From positions 620,001-684,000 of the forward strand of contig OZ218962.1 of assembly GCA_965112735.1 (NCBI GenBank): 64,000 nucleotides of DNA. Direction: 5' to 3'. The DNA is from Phaeosaccion multiseriatum (Eukaryota; Protista; Ochrophyta, other classes). Under the pieces are notes generated by a model. It worked only from the letters and a program-made list of their open reading frames with translations, ran no database searches and was not told the DNA's origin. Below, one piece after another: positions 61,913-64,000 of the stretch (the stretch's first letter is position 1; each line of letters begins with the position of its first letter). The position numbers and the translations under genes were made by a program.

Positions 61913-63288
61913 ATGGATCAGTCTCGGCGTGGGAGGCAGCGTGTCTCTAGCCTGATCAGGAGGGCCCAGAGCAAGAGAGGCCGGACCGGAGGCACCGACC
62001 CAGGCAAGCAACCGCTGCTGCTGCTTGCTCGGGGCGGATCTTCGTCGTCCCCTGCTGTGGTATTGAGTAGTGTAGCCTCCATAGAAGTAACACCAGGAGG
62101 TGGAGAGGCGAGTGCGGAGGGCAAGTCTCTCCCATGGTGGAGAAGCATTCACGACAGAGACATTGCCCTCCTGGCGCTCCCCTCCCTTCTAAGTCTTCTT
62201 GTGGACCCAATGCTGAGCTTGGTAGACACATACTTTGTGGGGCGGCTGGGCGCCATCCAACTCGCATCCCTGGGGCCGTGCACAAGGTGTGTACAGGTTG
62301 AAACAGTTGAAACTGTGTGATGAGTGCAAGCCAACAACGCAAGGAGTGGAGGGACCCCGAAGAGAGCAGGCGGTGCAGCCCAAGCAAGTGTAAAGACTGG
62401 AGAGGGCAGCACAACCCCCCACATCCACATGTTCCCTACAGGAGCGTGTATGAATGGCCCTCTTTCTGTTCCCTCTGCCTCATGTCTGTCTCATGTCTGC
62501 TGCCTCACCCTCGTGTCTATCTCTCGCCCCCCCACCCTTTGTGTCCTCGCTCAGCACGTTCCACATGGTGTTCAATAGCTTCAGAGCAATGACACAGTCC
62601 ACCACCAGTTTGGTGAGTGCTTGCGTGCATGAGTGAGTGCGTGCATGAGTGCTTTCGTGCGTGGGTGCGTGTGCCAGAGAGAGAGTGAGGGACTGGAGGA
62701 AGGTACCACTGCCGTTGGTGCTCCTCATCGTAACCTGTGGACCCTTCTGTCTCTGTGATGCCTCATCCGCGGATCCATATGCCTCTATGATGCCTCACAC
62801 GCCAACCCATACGCCTCTATGCTGCCGCATAGGTGTCCAGCAGCTTGGCAGTGGGGGACAAGGAGCGAGCAGGTGGGTGGTGCATGTGAGTCACACGATG
62901 TGCTCTAATGTACACATGCTCTATGGGCTTACGTTACAATACACATGGTGTCCCTCTCGTCATGGGGGAGGGGGTGGTGACGCTGCCACTTCTGTCACTG
63001 AGATCGGAGGCCTCTAGGCAGTGTGCATCAATGCCTTTTCTGAGACCCGTGGCTGGAGGGAATCAGACCGCCCCCAACACCTCTCTCTCTCCCTCTCTCC
63101 GTCCCTCCCTCTCCCTCCTCCCCCCCCCCTTCCCTGAGTAGGCGAGATCAGCCAAGCATCCCTCCTCCTGGCCTCCATGCTCGGACTCGTCCTTATGGGG
63201 CTGCTGCTGACCACAGGCCCGGCCATCCTCTCCCTCATGGGGGCACCCAACAGAGGCGCCACAGCACTGCTCCACGGCCACGGATTGA
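61913..63288 (+). CDS. MATE-family (DinF/DTX-like) transporter, 5' portion only
   Basis: DIALLALPSLLSLLVDPMLSLVDTYFVGRLGAIQLASLG, STTSLVS, ILSLMGA. Exons ~61913-62286, 62555-62612, 62832-62872, 63141-63288. Confidence 0.8.
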
Positions 63289-63331
63289 GGTGAGGCAGTG
63301 AGGCAATGAGGCCGTGAGGAGAGGGTCCTGA

Positions 63332-63391
<60 letters not shown>

Positions 63392-63439
63392 TGTGTGTGT
63401 GCGTGCGTGCATGTGCGTGTTCCTACGTGCGCATGTCCT

Positions 63440-64000
63440 GGTCGGCCCATTTGCTAAAGAGGGGCAGTGCGAGTCCCTGGATGGAGGCACCGCTGCACAC
63501 GCGGAGTGCGGAGAGCTTTCAGTGAAGAGCGCAGTCCAAAGCATCTCATAAGGTGCCCTTTATTTATTTACCAACACCCAATAAAGTCTCAACTTGCCCC
63601 CCTCGCCCCTTCAAAAGAGTCGAGCAAGCACTCTCCAGCACTCGCCTTGTAAGCATCAGGTACGAATCATCGGGGGCGATGCCATTCACTCGACTGAGCC
63701 GCGTTGGGCTTCGGTCTGCTGCCTCCGCCCTCTTCCTGAGAGAGAGAGAGAGCGCCCAATCGCTGCATCAGTGACCACACGCTCACCTCTCGTGAGAGAC
63801 TGCCTGGCGCGGCGCTGCAGCAGCTCGAAGGACACAGTGATGCCGATGGACTGTAGCTGGACTGTAGCCAGTGGGGCCAACACGTCCTCTCCTGCCGCTG
63901 TAGCACCAACTGCTCCCCTTGCCGCACCACACATGACTCTGCAGGGCCGTGCGGAGGGAAACAAAGACGGATACGTGGTGTGTGCTCGGCAGCAGTAGGG
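63440..64000 (-). CDS. Possible 3' exons of an unidentified gene entering from beyond the window
   Basis: Minus-strand coding-like segments (...EDVLAPLATVQLQSIGITVSFELLQRRARQSLTR|GTGAGC) bounded by GT/AG sites. Confidence 0.3.

Overview
Gene-dense, GC-rich eukaryotic DNA with short spliceosomal introns full of simple repeats. It is probably from a photosynthetic stramenopile; this is inferred from a bipartite plastid presequence and a brown-alga-type LRR N-cap. Gene models were spliced by eye, so exon limits are approximate. Housekeeping-type genes: plastid-targeted glutathionyl-hydroquinone reductase, mitochondrial Hsp70, a tandem zf-PARP protein, membralin, ASCC2, a vWA/Cache alpha2delta-like protein and the 5' part of a MATE transporter. 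The 9-46 kb stretch holds the unusual content: (i) a signal peptide + GH16 domain with a mutated catalytic motif, fused to a 7-TM TMEM198/DUF4203-like domain and a long tail (candidate beta-glucan receptor); (ii) divergent from it, a ~12 kb tandem array of four ankyrin genes with variable repeat number, patchwork sequence and one pseudogene; (iii) an apparently intracellular LRR-coiled coil-kinase-RING/IBR fusion whose LRRs lie on 72-nt exons; (iv) two older ankyrin paralogues flanking a Cys-rich GPI-type surface protein. Together these suggest, by inference only, a sensing or innate-immunity-like neighbourhood. No rRNA, tRNA, CRISPR array or transposase/RT ORF was recognised.
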